From IMG/VR virus record IMGVR_UViG_3300025545_000003, positions 42,831 through 106,830 of that record: 64,000 nucleotides of DNA; one strand, 5' to 3'. The position numbers and the translations under genes were made by a program. Source of the DNA: a virus. Shown here one piece after another: positions 18,632 to 27,985 of the stretch. The first letter of the stretch is position 1; every line of letters starts with the position of its first letter. The notes under the pieces were generated by a model. It made no database searches. It worked only from the letters and a program-made list of their open reading frames with translations, and was not told where the DNA came from.

Positions 18632-21295
18632 ATGGCCAAGCCAGCAGCGAAACAGGAACTCACCCCCGTTGTAAGGGGAGACCGCTACCGACGAACCCAC
18701 AGGGCCTCCGTGATCGGTGTCCTGGGCCGTCAGGCTCCTCCCGTTCTCAGCCGGGGATCCATGTTCTACAACCTTGACCGCTGGACTGCACGGGCGCTCG
18801 TGTCCGAGATGTGCCAGTGGGCCGGGAAGAACAGGGGCTGCACCCCCACAGCGAAGGACGTAGCCGACTGGGTCTCCAAGGCCAACAACATGACCGCCCC
18901 GGAGCGGTGCATCGTCATTGCCAACACACCCGACAAGCTGCCCCTCAAGGTAGCCCTTGGCCTGACCGGCGGGGCGTACCACGAGGCGTTCCACACGAAG
19001 TACTCCTGCCGCAGACCACTACAGGTGAAGGAGTGCGTGAACTTCATCCTGCCCCGTTGGGCGCTGGTGAAGGACTGGAGTGGGCTCCACAAGGCCCTCC
19101 AAGAGTGGAACAACATCATCGAGGACATACGCATCGAGCGCCGGGGCCGTGAGGACTACGAGGGTTCGCACACGAAGCTGGCCGACTTGCAGGACTTCAT
19201 CCTCGACAAGGAGGCCGCAGGCGTCGAACAGGTGCGCTCCCACGGGGGCAAGCCGGGAGCCTTGTCTGTGATCGTCCGGGCGTTCCGTGACGTGGGTCTT
19301 GGGTACAACACCGAGCGCCAGCGTGAAGCCTTCGCCGAGTACAAGACGGACAACCCGGATGCCGTCGACCTTGTGATGACCGGCCCGCTGACCCCGATGC
19401 TTCAGGACACCATCGATCTGTCCGCCAAGGACGATCTCGGGTGCATCCGACTGGCGATGGACGTCGTTGCCAAGATCGGGGAGTTGGGCGGTATGGACGA
19501 GTCCGACGACAAGGCCCAGGACGGGCAGCACGGCGACGGGATGCAAACGTGCCCCGGTTGTGGCGCACCCGCCTCCAAGATCGTTGTACGGCCCCTCTCA
19601 GACGGCAAGGGAGGCAAGGTTCGGGGCAAGGGCCTCGCTACCTGCACGGCCTGTGGCCATCAGGAAGAGGTCGACGTCAAGAAGAAGTCTGCCGCCGATA
19701 AGGCCAAGGACAAGAAGGACAAGCAGGCGGGCAAGAAGTCCGCACCCGGCCCCAAGTTCGAAGGCTTCGACGAGGACGACTTCGACGATGAAGGCGACGG
19801 TGGGGGCGAAGGTGAGGCCGGTGACGGTCAGGGTGGCTCCGGTTCGTCCGGTGGCAAGTCTGACGGGGACGAGGACGGCGACGGTTCGTCCGGCTCCGGT
19901 GGAGACGAAGACGGCGATGACGACGGGGACGGCTCCGGGTCTGGGAAAGACGGCGATGAGGGTGACGAAGACGGCGACGGTTCCAAGGACGGCAGCGACA
20001 AGGATGGCGATGCTGCCGGTGGCGATGGTGGTGACGGAGACGGGGACGGGGACGACGAGGGCAAGGACGGCAAGGCCGGACAGGGAGCCAATCAGGGAAG
20101 CGCCAGCCAGCACCAAGGCATCGACCAGCCGGACATAGGCCCGGACGGGAGCGACCAGTCGGGCGGGGCCGGGGGGCACCACCACGCCCAAGGCCCCCAC
20201 GCAGGCAACGATCACAAGTGGGAGGACGTCGCCGAGCAGGCGTTGAACGACGCACAGTCCGGCAAGGACACCCACGCCCTCGACAACAACAAGGCGCTGG
20301 AGAATGCGGTCAACGCTGCCGAGGACAAGGAAGACTCGGACACGGAGACCGGCGAGGCCCCGTGGAAGCCCTACAATCCGGGCCTCGATGAAGCGCTGCT
20401 GGTTCCTCATTCGGGCCGGGGCCGGGAACACGACATGGCCGAAGCCACGAAGCTGGTCAAGTCCGTTACGTCCGAGTCCGCCTACACGAGAGCCCGCCTG
20501 CGGAACATCGTCCGGGCACTGGAGATGACCAGCACTGTTCATGGCGTACAGCACGGGCGCAACCTGTCCACCCGCTACCTCGTGGACTCCAAGGCGTGCC
20601 TGCGGGGCGGGGAGATGCCGAAGCGTCCCTACTACCGCAAGGGCTTGCAGACGGACATGTCGATGGCGGCAGCGGTTGTCGTGGACGAGTCCGGTTCGAT
20701 GAGCGGGTGGCTGGCCGACGCCGCCCGGATCATGATCGCCATCACGGAGCCTCTGGACGCCCTCAACTGCCCGACACTGGCCTTGGGATTCAGGGACGGG
20801 CGTCGGGGAGGGCGGTACAACGACTACCGGACTGACCCGGACGAGGACGTCAAGAACCGCCTGTACCACCGCCATGAGGGCGTCATCTACGACATCTTCA
20901 AGCAGTGGCACGAAGGATTCCGCACCGTGAAGTGGCGCTTCGCCAACACGAGGGCCACTGGCGGCACCCCGATGTCCGACGGGATCCAGTACGCCCTCAA
21001 CGCCATCTCCCTGCGGAGCGAAGCTCACCGCTTCGTGTTCGTAGTCACGGACGGTTGCCCCAACTACGGGCACGAGGCCGTGATCAAGCGGCAGATCCGC
21101 CTCGCCAAGCAGGCCAACATCCACGTCGTCGGGGTTGGGATGGGCTACGGAGCCAAGTACGTCGAGGCCCTGTTCGTGGACTCGGTCTACTCCGACAAGA
21201 TCCCCGAGATCCCCAAGGGGCTCGTCGCCAAGATGAACGAACTGGTCGATGCCCGCACGGGACGCCGGGGCATGGTCTACAAAGACAAGGGCTAG
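18632..21295 (+). CDS. CobT-like vWA protein with HExxH domain, Zn ribbon and Asp/Gly-rich linker
   Basis: HEAFH, EDIRIE, CPGC/CTAC, DESGSM MIDAS, GGTP, VTDG. Confidence 0.85.
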   Translation: MAKPAAKQELTPVVRGDRYRRTHRASVIGVLGRQAPPVLSRGSMFYNLDRWTARALVSEMCQWAGKNRGCTPTAKDVADWVSKANNMTAPERCIVIANTPDKLPLKVALGLTGGAYHEAFHTKYSCRRPLQVKECVNFILPRWALVKDWSGLHKALQEWNNIIEDIRIERRGREDYEGSHTKLADLQDFILDKEAAGVEQVRSHGGKPGALSVIVRAFRDVGLGYNTERQREAFAEYKTDNPDAVDLVMTGPLTPMLQDTIDLSAKDDLGCIRLAMDVVAKIGELGGMDESDDKAQDGQHGDGMQTCPGCGAPASKIVVRPLSDGKGGKVRGKGLATCTACGHQEEVDVKKKSAADKAKDKKDKQAGKKSAPGPKFEGFDEDDFDDEGDGGGEGEAGDGQGGSGSSGGKSDGDEDGDGSSGSGGDEDGDDDGDGSGSGKDGDEGDEDGDGSKDGSDKDGDAAGGDGGDGDGDGDDEGKDGKAGQGANQGSASQHQGIDQPDIGPDGSDQSGGAGGHHHAQGPHAGNDHKWEDVAEQALNDAQSGKDTHALDNNKALENAVNAAEDKEDSDTETGEAPWKPYNPGLDEALLVPHSGRGREHDMAEATKLVKSVTSESAYTRARLRNIVRALEMTSTVHGVQHGRNLSTRYLVDSKACLRGGEMPKRPYYRKGLQTDMSMAAAVVVDESGSMSGWLADAARIMIAITEPLDALNCPTLALGFRDGRRGGRYNDYRTDPDEDVKNRLYHRHEGVIYDIFKQWHEGFRTVKWRFANTRATGGTPMSDGIQYALNAISLRSEAHRFVFVVTDGCPNYGHEAVIKRQIRLAKQANIHVVGVGMGYGAKYVEALFVDSVYSDKIPEIPKGLVAKMNELVDARTGRRGMVYKDKG

Positions 21296-21329
21296 GGCTT
21301 AGCCCTTCTTCCAGACGGGTTGGGTATGT

Positions 21330-22550
21330 ATGGAAGCTGACACCCACATCCTGATCCAGTCCGTCTCCAAGGACCCAGTCGTACAGGCCCTGATCCGGGA
21401 GCACCTTGCCAAGAAGGTGAAGTCCCTCATGGGGATCCGTGAGAACTCGGACGACTTCGTTCGGGATCTCAAGGTGTACCTCGGCCCGCAAACCCTCGTG
21501 ACGAAGGGCAAGGGTCGCTGGTGGGTATGGGAACTGGAGGGCCTCCGTGTCCGTGCCCGCAAGCAGGCGTGTGAGTTCCTCGTCCCCAAGGGTTCCAGCG
21601 TAGAGGAAGCCTTCAAGGCTTTGGAGGACATCCCTGTCCTCTGGCCCGACCACGACAAGGAACTGCTGACGTGGGATGAGAAGCTGGCCCTCCGCAAGTT
21701 AGGCCACAAGGCTCTCGGACGGTTCCGCCTGCGGATCGGATCTTACCCACAGGACGAACTGAAAGCGTTTGTCATGGGAGTCTGCAACCGGCAGATCTGG
21801 ACGGACAAGGACGTCCGTTCCGCACAGGACATGAGCCTCTGCTTCCCCCTGCTTGCGATGGGGGCACTCAGCATCTCCGACAAGAAGCGGGCGAAGATTG
21901 AGGCCCGTGGATTCCTGCCGCCCGAACCGGGCAAGGAGCCGGAGGAGCCTGAGAGTGACCCGCCCAAGATGCCAAAGCTGCCGACCGACCCTCCGAAGCC
22001 CGAACCACCGGAGCTTCAGGAAGAGGTGATCCTCGACCCGGAGGCCATGTCCGACATCGAACAGCGGATCGGCTGGCAACAGGCCCCGGACAACGCACGG
22101 GCCGAGTACGAGGGCAAGATCAAGCGGCAGAACGAGGTCATCCGGCACGCCAACGACAAGCTGATGCAGGCGTACAAGGAAGAGACCCTCGCTGCTTGGG
22201 AGGCGGCTTGTGCGGGTGTGTTCGACCAGATCAAACAGATCACGGCGGACCACGATAAAGCGGTCGCCGACTACCACACCAGCCGGGAACCTTTGATGGC
22301 CGAGTACAAGGCCAAGCTGGCCAAGTGGGAACTGGTCAACGCCCGCAGGAGCGAGGCCGAGGGTGCCGCAAACATGCGGTACGCCGAGGACATCGGCTGC
22401 GTCTGGGATTGGTTCGACAAGTGCGCTCCCCGCTCCGTGAACGGGATGCCCATGTTCTTTTCCTTGCGGCTGATGAACCGGGCGGATTGGGAACGGGCAC
22501 ACAAGGCAATCATGGCTGAAATCAAGAGGCGGCAGTCGTTTACCGTTTGA
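21330..22550 (+). CDS. Hypothetical protein
   Basis: 406-aa ORF after a GGCTTAG motif (21296-21323). Confidence 0.65.
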   Translation: MEADTHILIQSVSKDPVVQALIREHLAKKVKSLMGIRENSDDFVRDLKVYLGPQTLVTKGKGRWWVWELEGLRVRARKQACEFLVPKGSSVEEAFKALEDIPVLWPDHDKELLTWDEKLALRKLGHKALGRFRLRIGSYPQDELKAFVMGVCNRQIWTDKDVRSAQDMSLCFPLLAMGALSISDKKRAKIEARGFLPPEPGKEPEEPESDPPKMPKLPTDPPKPEPPELQEEVILDPEAMSDIEQRIGWQQAPDNARAEYEGKIKRQNEVIRHANDKLMQAYKEETLAAWEAACAGVFDQIKQITADHDKAVADYHTSREPLMAEYKAKLAKWELVNARRSEAEGAANMRYAEDIGCVWDWFDKCAPRSVNGMPMFFSLRLMNRADWERAHKAIMAEIKRRQSFTV

Positions 22551-22633
22551 GGTGGGCTTAGGGCTGGCCGTTCTTGTGTAGAGAAGGTGAACGGGCCGAA
22601 AGGCCCCTGAAGGACGCTTACAAGGAGCACGAA

Positions 22634-23113
22634 ATGGACACCATCCTCACCCCCGAAGTTCGGCTGGCCATCGAGACCGGCATCAAGGACGGCCTCAAGC
22701 AGGTCGCCAAGGCCCAGGGCGACGCCAAGGACTCGGCCTCCCCCGACACGAAGACGAAGGGTCTCGTGATCAACCTCACGCTGGAAGTGGACGAGTTGGC
22801 CGTGGGCCACGACACCGACCGAGCGCCGACGTGCTCGATCCCCCTCCTGCCGACGCTGGCCCTCCTGACCAAGCGCATGGGTGCGACCCGCAAGGACGCC
22901 CTCGCCATGATCAAGGACGCCATGACCGAGGCCCTCACGCTGGACAAGCCCGCCGCCGCCATCCTGCTCGAAGAGTTCGGCGTGGCCGAGGCCGAGGAAG
23001 CCATCAAGACGCAGGTCATCAACGAACTGCCCCGCACCCCGGTCAAGAAGACCGCCAAGGCCAAGGGCGTGACGATGACCGTGACCGGCGTGGCAACCCG
23101 CCCGACGGAGTAG
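22634..23113 (+). CDS. Hypothetical protein
   Basis: AAGGAG RBS; GGCTTAG motif at 22555-22582. Confidence 0.7.
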   Translation: MDTILTPEVRLAIETGIKDGLKQVAKAQGDAKDSASPDTKTKGLVINLTLEVDELAVGHDTDRAPTCSIPLLPTLALLTKRMGATRKDALAMIKDAMTEALTLDKPAAAILLEEFGVAEAEEAIKTQVINELPRTPVKKTAKAKGVTMTVTGVATRPTE

Positions 23114-23116
23114 TTG

Positions 23117-23392
23117 ATGCGAGCCACCTACGAACGGGCGGCAGACAAGCGACGACTGATCCGGGTCATGTTCGAACGCCAGACGCCTGATGCCAGTGCG
23201 CCCGTCATCGAGGCGGTGTACGAGGTAAAGTACCCGGAGGACAACTTCATCTGTGATGACACGGCGGTCTTGATCCCCTTGTCCGTCACCCGGACGGACA
23301 CGAAGGAAACCGTTGTGCTCACCGACGAAGAACGGGACGATTGCCATCAGGCGGCAACCGAGAAGGCCGCAGCGATGGCCAACGAGGGGTAA
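23117..23392 (+). CDS. Hypothetical protein
   Basis: Operon ORF. Confidence 0.55.
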   Translation: MRATYERAADKRRLIRVMFERQTPDASAPVIEAVYEVKYPEDNFICDDTAVLIPLSVTRTDTKETVVLTDEERDDCHQAATEKAAAMANEG

Positions 23393-23877
23393 TGGGCGAC
23401 GGGCTCAAAAGGGTAGCCAAGAACTGCGGCGGCCTCATCGTGAACGACCCGGACGGCAACGTCACCCGGTACGACGCCCAAGGCCGTCTCTACGTGCGGG
23501 GATCCAAGCTCCGCCACATGATGGACAAACCCTCGACCCCCCTCTGGAACCTCACCTCTTACAGCACCGAACTACTGGCCTGCATGGACATTGTGATGAG
23601 GGCACGGCACGCCTCCGGGCTGTCCAGCGTAGCCTTCCACAAGGAGCGCCTCGGCAAGCAGGACTTCTGTTGGACAAGCTCCAAGCGCCTGTACGTGTGG
23701 GAGTACATCGCCGCCGACGGGACGTTCCTCGGGCGTGTGTTCGCCTCCAAGGAGGGCACCTCACCGGAGGCCGCTACCGTACAGGGTGTGCCTTGGCCGT
23801 CCTTCACCCTTGAACGGGGCAGGCAATTCATGAGAGTCTACATGACCGCCCTTGGGCTGGAGTACCCTGATGCTTGA
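23392..23877 (+). CDS. Hypothetical protein
   Basis: TAATG coupling. Confidence 0.55.
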   Translation: MGDGLKRVAKNCGGLIVNDPDGNVTRYDAQGRLYVRGSKLRHMMDKPSTPLWNLTSYSTELLACMDIVMRARHASGLSSVAFHKERLGKQDFCWTSSKRLYVWEYIAADGTFLGRVFASKEGTSPEAATVQGVPWPSFTLERGRQFMRVYMTALGLEYPDA

Positions 23878-24148
23878 GTTCCCGATGAACAAGTTCCCCA
23901 AGCTCTCTCAGGCCGAACTGATGATGGGGCTGCGGAACTGGGAGGATCTGGACGGGGCCGCCTACCTGTTGGGCAGGTCGATGGGGATGTTTGATCCCGA
24001 CGCCAGCTTCCAGACCGACCTGAAGTGGGTCTTCTGGTCCGCCAACCCGACCGGCGACTTCCTGTACCACATGATCTGTGGCCTTGTTGCGATGGGGATC
24101 TGGGAGCAGGACGAGGAAGGGGACAAGGTACGGTGGCACCATGACTGA
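23870..24148 (+). CDS. Hypothetical protein
   Basis: Overlapping operon ORF. Confidence 0.55.
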   Translation: MLEFPMNKFPKLSQAELMMGLRNWEDLDGAAYLLGRSMGMFDPDASFQTDLKWVFWSANPTGDFLYHMICGLVAMGIWEQDEEGDKVRWHHD

Positions 24149-24554
24149 TCGAGGCTGGCCGAAACAGATCATCATCCTCCGCACCGACCTCGGCATGCGG
24201 AAGGGCAAGATGGTCGCACAGGGAGCGCACGCCTCCTTGGGCGGGATTCTGGATCACTGCACAGAGGTCGGGGACGGCACCTTCGTGATCGGCCCCGGAC
24301 ACACAGGGTGGAATTGGGAAGCCGTCAAGCTGTGGCTCTCCGGCAAGTTCACCAAGATCGTGGTCGGGGTGGAGACCGAGCAGGAACTCCTCGACCTATA
24401 CGGTACGGCCCTGCGGGCCGGGATCGCCTGTTTCCTCTGCACCGACGCCGGGGACACTGAGTTCCACGGCGTACCTACGAACACTGCGGTCTGCATCGGG
24501 CCGGATTTTCCAGACGTGATCGACCCTATCACCGGCCACTTGAGGCTCCTCTAA
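24141..24554 (+). CDS. pth2: Peptidyl-tRNA hydrolase, Pth2 type
   Basis: RTDLGMRKGKMVAQGAHAS, KIVV, DAGDTE, IGP, ITGHLRLL. Confidence 0.93.
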   Translation: MTDRGWPKQIIILRTDLGMRKGKMVAQGAHASLGGILDHCTEVGDGTFVIGPGHTGWNWEAVKLWLSGKFTKIVVGVETEQELLDLYGTALRAGIACFLCTDAGDTEFHGVPTNTAVCIGPDFPDVIDPITGHLRLL

Positions 24555-24558
24555 CGAG

Positions 24559-24586
24559 GAAAGCCGGACATCGCTGTCCGGCTTTC
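24559..24586. terminator. Hairpin between convergent pth2 and ssrA
   Basis: GAAAGCCGGACA-TCGC-TGTCCGGCTTTC. Confidence 0.7.
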
Positions 24587-24593
24587 AAGCACT

Positions 24594-24959
24594 TGGTGGA
24601 GGTGCGGGGAATCGAACCCCGGTCCTAAGATGCCTACGCCAACGCACTACGCTCATTTCCCGTGTTTATCCCGCACGGGCAAGGTGCTTCGATCCTCAAC
24701 GCACATGCTGCTGTTAGTCATCGCCTTCAGGTAGCCGCCTGCCCGCTATCCTGAACGCCAACCCGTTTCTGCTGTAACCTCACGCCCCGAATCGGGTGCT
24801 CTGACGTGAGAATGAAGCACCAGCACAGTCTTTCGACTACGCTGCCGCCTGCATCGGAAGGGTCTCGTTGGCAATTAAGCCTTTGCCGTCTGTAACGCCC
24901 GACAGCACTCGGAACGAACGTTTAGCCTCGTACACCCCAGTCGAAACCAGTACACCCCC
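24594..24959 (-). ncRNA. ssrA: tmRNA; tag peptide (A)ANETLPMQAAA
   Basis: 5' GGGGGTGTACTGGTTTCGAC; 3' GGTTCGATTCCCCGCACCTCCACCA with G3-U pair; tag frame 24872-24837 after TTAATT. Confidence 0.95.
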
Positions 24960-24993
24960 AAGTTTTCAAAGAACAGCGTGTCCTTCTATACCA

Positions 24994-25021
24994 TCAACCC
25001 AATAGAAGGATCCTCTAAGCC
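24994..25021 (-). promoter_or_regulatory. GGCTTAG-N15-GGTTGA promoter of ssrA; boxA-like GTTCTTTGAAAA lies downstream at 24963-24974
   Basis: Motif match. Confidence 0.65.
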
Positions 25022-25079
25022 TACTTCGTGTAGGTGCATGGCGTAGGCTCACGGGGTAGAGTGGATGAGGAGGACGCAC

Positions 25080-26078
25080 ATGAAGATCACATGCTTCGGT
25101 TCCCGAGGTTCGCTTCCGGCCCCGTCCCGTAAGGACTTCAGCACCGTGGAGTTTGGCGGCAACACCAACTGCTTCTTCATCGAGGCAGGGCCTTTCAAGA
25201 TCATCGTCGGGTGCGGTTCTGGGGTTTCCATCCTGGGGGACGAACTGATGAAGCGTTGGGTGGAACAGGAGTTCCCCCATCAGCACTTCATCGTCCTGTT
25301 GACGCACTACCACTGGGACCACATCCAAGGGCTCCCGTTCTGCACCCCGTTCTACTTGGCCCACAACACGTTCCACTTCCACGGTCTCCGGCCTTCCGGT
25401 CACGAGGGCGGGGAACGGCTGGCGGACGGCTCGCACCCCAAGACGGTCGTGGAGACGATGCTGTCCCATCAGCAGTCCAACCCGCACTTCCCGGTGGCCC
25501 ACGAGTCTCTCCCGGCCCACAAGGAGTACCAGAGCCATGACCGCCAGTTCAGCGAGGCGTTCTGGTACGCCCACGAATGGCACAGGGGTCAGGAGCAAGA
25601 CGAGGCCACCCTGTTCCCCCACGGCCCCAGTACGGTGGGCGACAGGCCCGTTGGCGGCCCGGAGAACTGGATCAAGATCACGACCGTCCCGCTGGAGCAC
25701 CCGAACGGCTGCCTCGGCTGGGTCATCGAGTACGAGGGCAAGAAGGCGGCGTTCTGCTACGACATGGAACCCTTGCGGTTCCCGAACCAGAAGGTCTCCA
25801 AGCTGGGCCACAACGCCGACCTGATGGTTCTGGACGGTGCCTACACGGAGCAGCAGCTTCAGGGCATGCAGCAAGGCTTCGGCCACGGTTCCCCTGAATC
25901 CTGCATCGAACAGGCCAAGGACTCCGACGCCAAGTTCTGCCTCATCCACCACCACGACCCCAAGCACGACGACGACAAGCTCCGGGAGATGGAAGCCCAC
26001 GCACAGGACTATGCCCTTGGGGCGATGTTCCGGGGCCGGGTCGACTTCGCCCGTGAAGGCAACGTCTACGATCTCTGA
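25080..26078 (+). CDS. Metallo-beta-lactamase-fold hydrolase (RNase Z/PhnP-like)
   Basis: GSRGS, GGNT, THYHWDHIQG, HP, GHG, HHDP. Confidence 0.88.
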   Translation: MKITCFGSRGSLPAPSRKDFSTVEFGGNTNCFFIEAGPFKIIVGCGSGVSILGDELMKRWVEQEFPHQHFIVLLTHYHWDHIQGLPFCTPFYLAHNTFHFHGLRPSGHEGGERLADGSHPKTVVETMLSHQQSNPHFPVAHESLPAHKEYQSHDRQFSEAFWYAHEWHRGQEQDEATLFPHGPSTVGDRPVGGPENWIKITTVPLEHPNGCLGWVIEYEGKKAAFCYDMEPLRFPNQKVSKLGHNADLMVLDGAYTEQQLQGMQQGFGHGSPESCIEQAKDSDAKFCLIHHHDPKHDDDKLREMEAHAQDYALGAMFRGRVDFAREGNVYDL

Positions 26079-26615
26079 TCCCCTCACTTTTTAGAGGTTC
26101 ACCACCATCACCACCACAACTACGGCAACACCTACGGCAACCCGTGGGGCACCCGCAGCCTCCTGGGTAGTAACAACACCCTCAGTAGCCACAGCCGCAG
26201 CCGTAGCGCCTCCAAGGGCATCGGCAGCGCCACGAAGGGTGCAGGCGGCCAGTCCGTAGACTACGGGTGTAACACCATCGGTGAGAGGAGCATGGACTTC
26301 GTCGAGGACAGCCTCTGCTCCACCGAGTGTTCGGTGGCAGCGGCGTCGGCCAGCTTCGAGGACGAGGCACCCAGCAGGGGCATCCTCCGGGACGTCGGCA
26401 CGAAGTACGGCCACGAGGTCTCTTTCCACACGACCGAGACCACGTTCACCAAGGCCACGGACGCCCCGGTACTCGTCTGCACGCTGCGCTACGCCACCCG
26501 TGAGCGGCTGGAGACGTGGGGCGTGCCCCTCAAGCCCAAGTCGGGACCGGAAGCGCCCCAGGCGTTCCCTGCGTCCATGGACGGTTGCCCCGCCCCGAGC
26601 GGCTGGAACGGATAA
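26079..26615 (+). pseudogene. Open frame with His6 run and no upstream start; probable 5'-truncated gene (internal ATG 26292)
   Basis: Frame continues directly from the MBL TGA: SPHFLEVHHHHHHNYG... Confidence 0.5.
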
Positions 26616-26668
26616 TCCCATCCTTCTCCCTCTTGCCCCCGGTACAATGGGGGTAGGAGGGAGCCCAC

Positions 26669-26992
26669 ATGTCCAAGTTCACCGTCGACTGTTTCACCGA
26701 GAAGTCACTCCCGGAGCCGGGGTTCCCTGAGAACACCTACGAGGCGGCCACCGTGCTGGAGGCTGCGGCTGTTGTCCATAACTGCACCCGCAAGCAGGCC
26801 GGGATCAGGATGGTTCAGATCTGGATCGAAGAGCCGGACGACCGAGAGGCCGTCGACACGCTCAAGACGTGCCGGTGTGGGACGAAGGGATGCGATACAA
26901 AGCGCATTGACCCTGACGAGGTAGCGAAGGCGCTGGGGGCGGAGAAGGCCGTGAAGCCGAAGAACCTGCCCCGCAGGCCGGGGACACGGTAG
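26669..26992 (+). CDS. Hypothetical protein
   Basis: AGGAGG RBS. Confidence 0.6.
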   Translation: MSKFTVDCFTEKSLPEPGFPENTYEAATVLEAAAVVHNCTRKQAGIRMVQIWIEEPDDREAVDTLKTCRCGTKGCDTKRIDPDEVAKALGAEKAVKPKNLPRRPGTR

Positions 26993-27079
26993 GCGGAAGC
27001 GGAGGGAGTCGAACCCTCAAGGCCGTAAAGCTCGCCTGTTTTCAAGACAGGTGCCGTCGCCACGTCGGCTGGCGCTTCC
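26992..27079 (-). tRNA. tRNA-Ser(TGA)
   Basis: CCTGT-CTTGAAA-ACAGG; long variable arm; G73. Confidence 0.92.
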
Positions 27080-27101
27080 AAGTTGAACAGTAGGTCTTCG
27101 T

Positions 27102-27192
27102 TGGCGGAAGGAGGGGGAGTCGAACCCCCAAGGCGCTCATCACGCTCGACCACTTTCCAAGCGGCTGCCATCACCAATTGGCTTGCCCTTCC
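27102..27192 (-). tRNA. tRNA-Ser(GGA)
   Basis: GCCGC-TTGGAAA-GTGGT; GCCA end. Confidence 0.92.
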
Positions 27193-27196
27193 AAAG

Positions 27197-27283
27197 TGCG
27201 ACCGGAGGGATTCGAACCCTCACGCCAGTCATTGTTGACACTGGCCCCTCAAGCCAGCGCGTCTACCATTCCGCCACGGTCGC
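27197..27283 (-). tRNA. tRNA-Leu(GAG)
   Basis: CTGGC-TTGAGGG-GCCAG. Confidence 0.92.
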
Positions 27284-27288
27284 ATGAG

Positions 27289-27370
27289 TGCTGCCGGTGG
27301 GACTCGAACCCACACACCTCAAGGGCACGGGCCTCTCAGACCCGCATGTCTACCATTCCATCACGACAGC
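27289..27370 (-). tRNA. tRNA-Leu(GAG), second copy
   Basis: CGGGT-CTGAGAG-GCCCG. Confidence 0.9.
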
Positions 27371-27377
27371 ATAGAAA

Positions 27378-27492
27378 GCACCCCAGCACGTAGGGAACCA
27401 CGGGTTGGTTACCGCTGGCCGCCCACTCCTCCCAGAAGTGCTGCTTCTCTGTGGTCTTGGACACCCCTGATCTACAGCCCCGGCTGGGGTGC
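27378..27492. ncRNA. Unidentified structured RNA (~115 nt)
   Basis: Perfect 10-bp terminal helix GCACCCCAGC/GCTGGGGTGC filling the gap between two tRNAs. Confidence 0.5.
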
Positions 27493-27495
27493 CTT

Positions 27496-27585
27496 TGGCG
27501 GAAGGACGGGGAGTCGAACCCCGAAGGCCGGTTAAGGCTCGCTGGTTTTCGAAACCAGTGCAGTCGCCCATCTGCTTGCCCTTCC
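27496..27585 (-). tRNA. tRNA-Ser(CGA)
   Basis: CTGGT-TTCGAAA-ACCAG; GCCA end. Confidence 0.92.
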
Positions 27586-27586
27586 A

Positions 27587-27662
27587 TGGAGCGCTCGCCC
27601 GGACTTGAACCGGGGACCACCGGCTTCGGAGGCCGGGACTCTATCCACTGAGCTACGAGCGC
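27587..27662 (-). tRNA. tRNA-Arg(CCG)
   Basis: CCGGC-CTCCGAA-GCCGG; CCA end. Confidence 0.93.
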
Positions 27663-27665
27663 AAA

Positions 27666-27818
27666 GGTGGGGGAGGTAGGAATCGAACCTACAATGCCCT
27701 CTCGGGCGGTCTGCTTTACAGGCAGATGTCTATACCTTGCTGAAGTCGCAACAGAGTTCCCGACCGGGGTCAGGATAAGGTCGTCACAACGAGTAGCGTG
27801 ACTTTTGACCACTCCCCC
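27666..27818 (-). tRNA. tRNA-Tyr(GTA) with ~65-nt insertion in the D-loop
   Basis: GGGGGAG/CTCCCCC-A; TCTGC-CTGTAAA-GCAGA; 76 nt between D-stem strands GTC/GAC. Confidence 0.8.
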
Positions 27819-27822
27819 ATAG

Positions 27823-27895
27823 AGCCAACGACGGGAATCGAACCCGTAACCCCTTGCTTACCATGCAAGTGCTCTACCGTTGGAGCTACGTTGGC
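27823..27895 (-). tRNA. tRNA-Thr(GGT)
   Basis: CTTGC-ATGGTAA-GCAAG. Confidence 0.92.
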
Positions 27896-27913
27896 ATGCT
27901 TGAATCAGACAAG

Positions 27914-27985
27914 AGCCCAGTACCGGAGTCGAACCGATGTCAGCGGGTTACAAATCCGCTGCTCTGCCACTTGAGCTAACTGGGC
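27914..27985 (-). tRNA. tRNA-Thr(TGT)
   Basis: GCGGA-TTTGTAA-CCCGC. Confidence 0.9.

Noticed and set aside
19790-20180. GAC/GGC-rich low-complexity repeats
   Set aside because: They encode the Asp/Gly linker of the vWA protein and are not a CRISPR or tandem DNA element.
19598-21124. Long antisense ORFs (also 39695-40996, 58637-60022, 24966-26087 and others)
   Set aside because: These are shadows of GC-rich sense genes, with no RBS or motifs.
27378-27492. 5S rRNA-like words (GTAGGGAAC, CAGAAGTG)
   Set aside because: Wrong order and no 5S secondary structure; treated as an unknown RNA.
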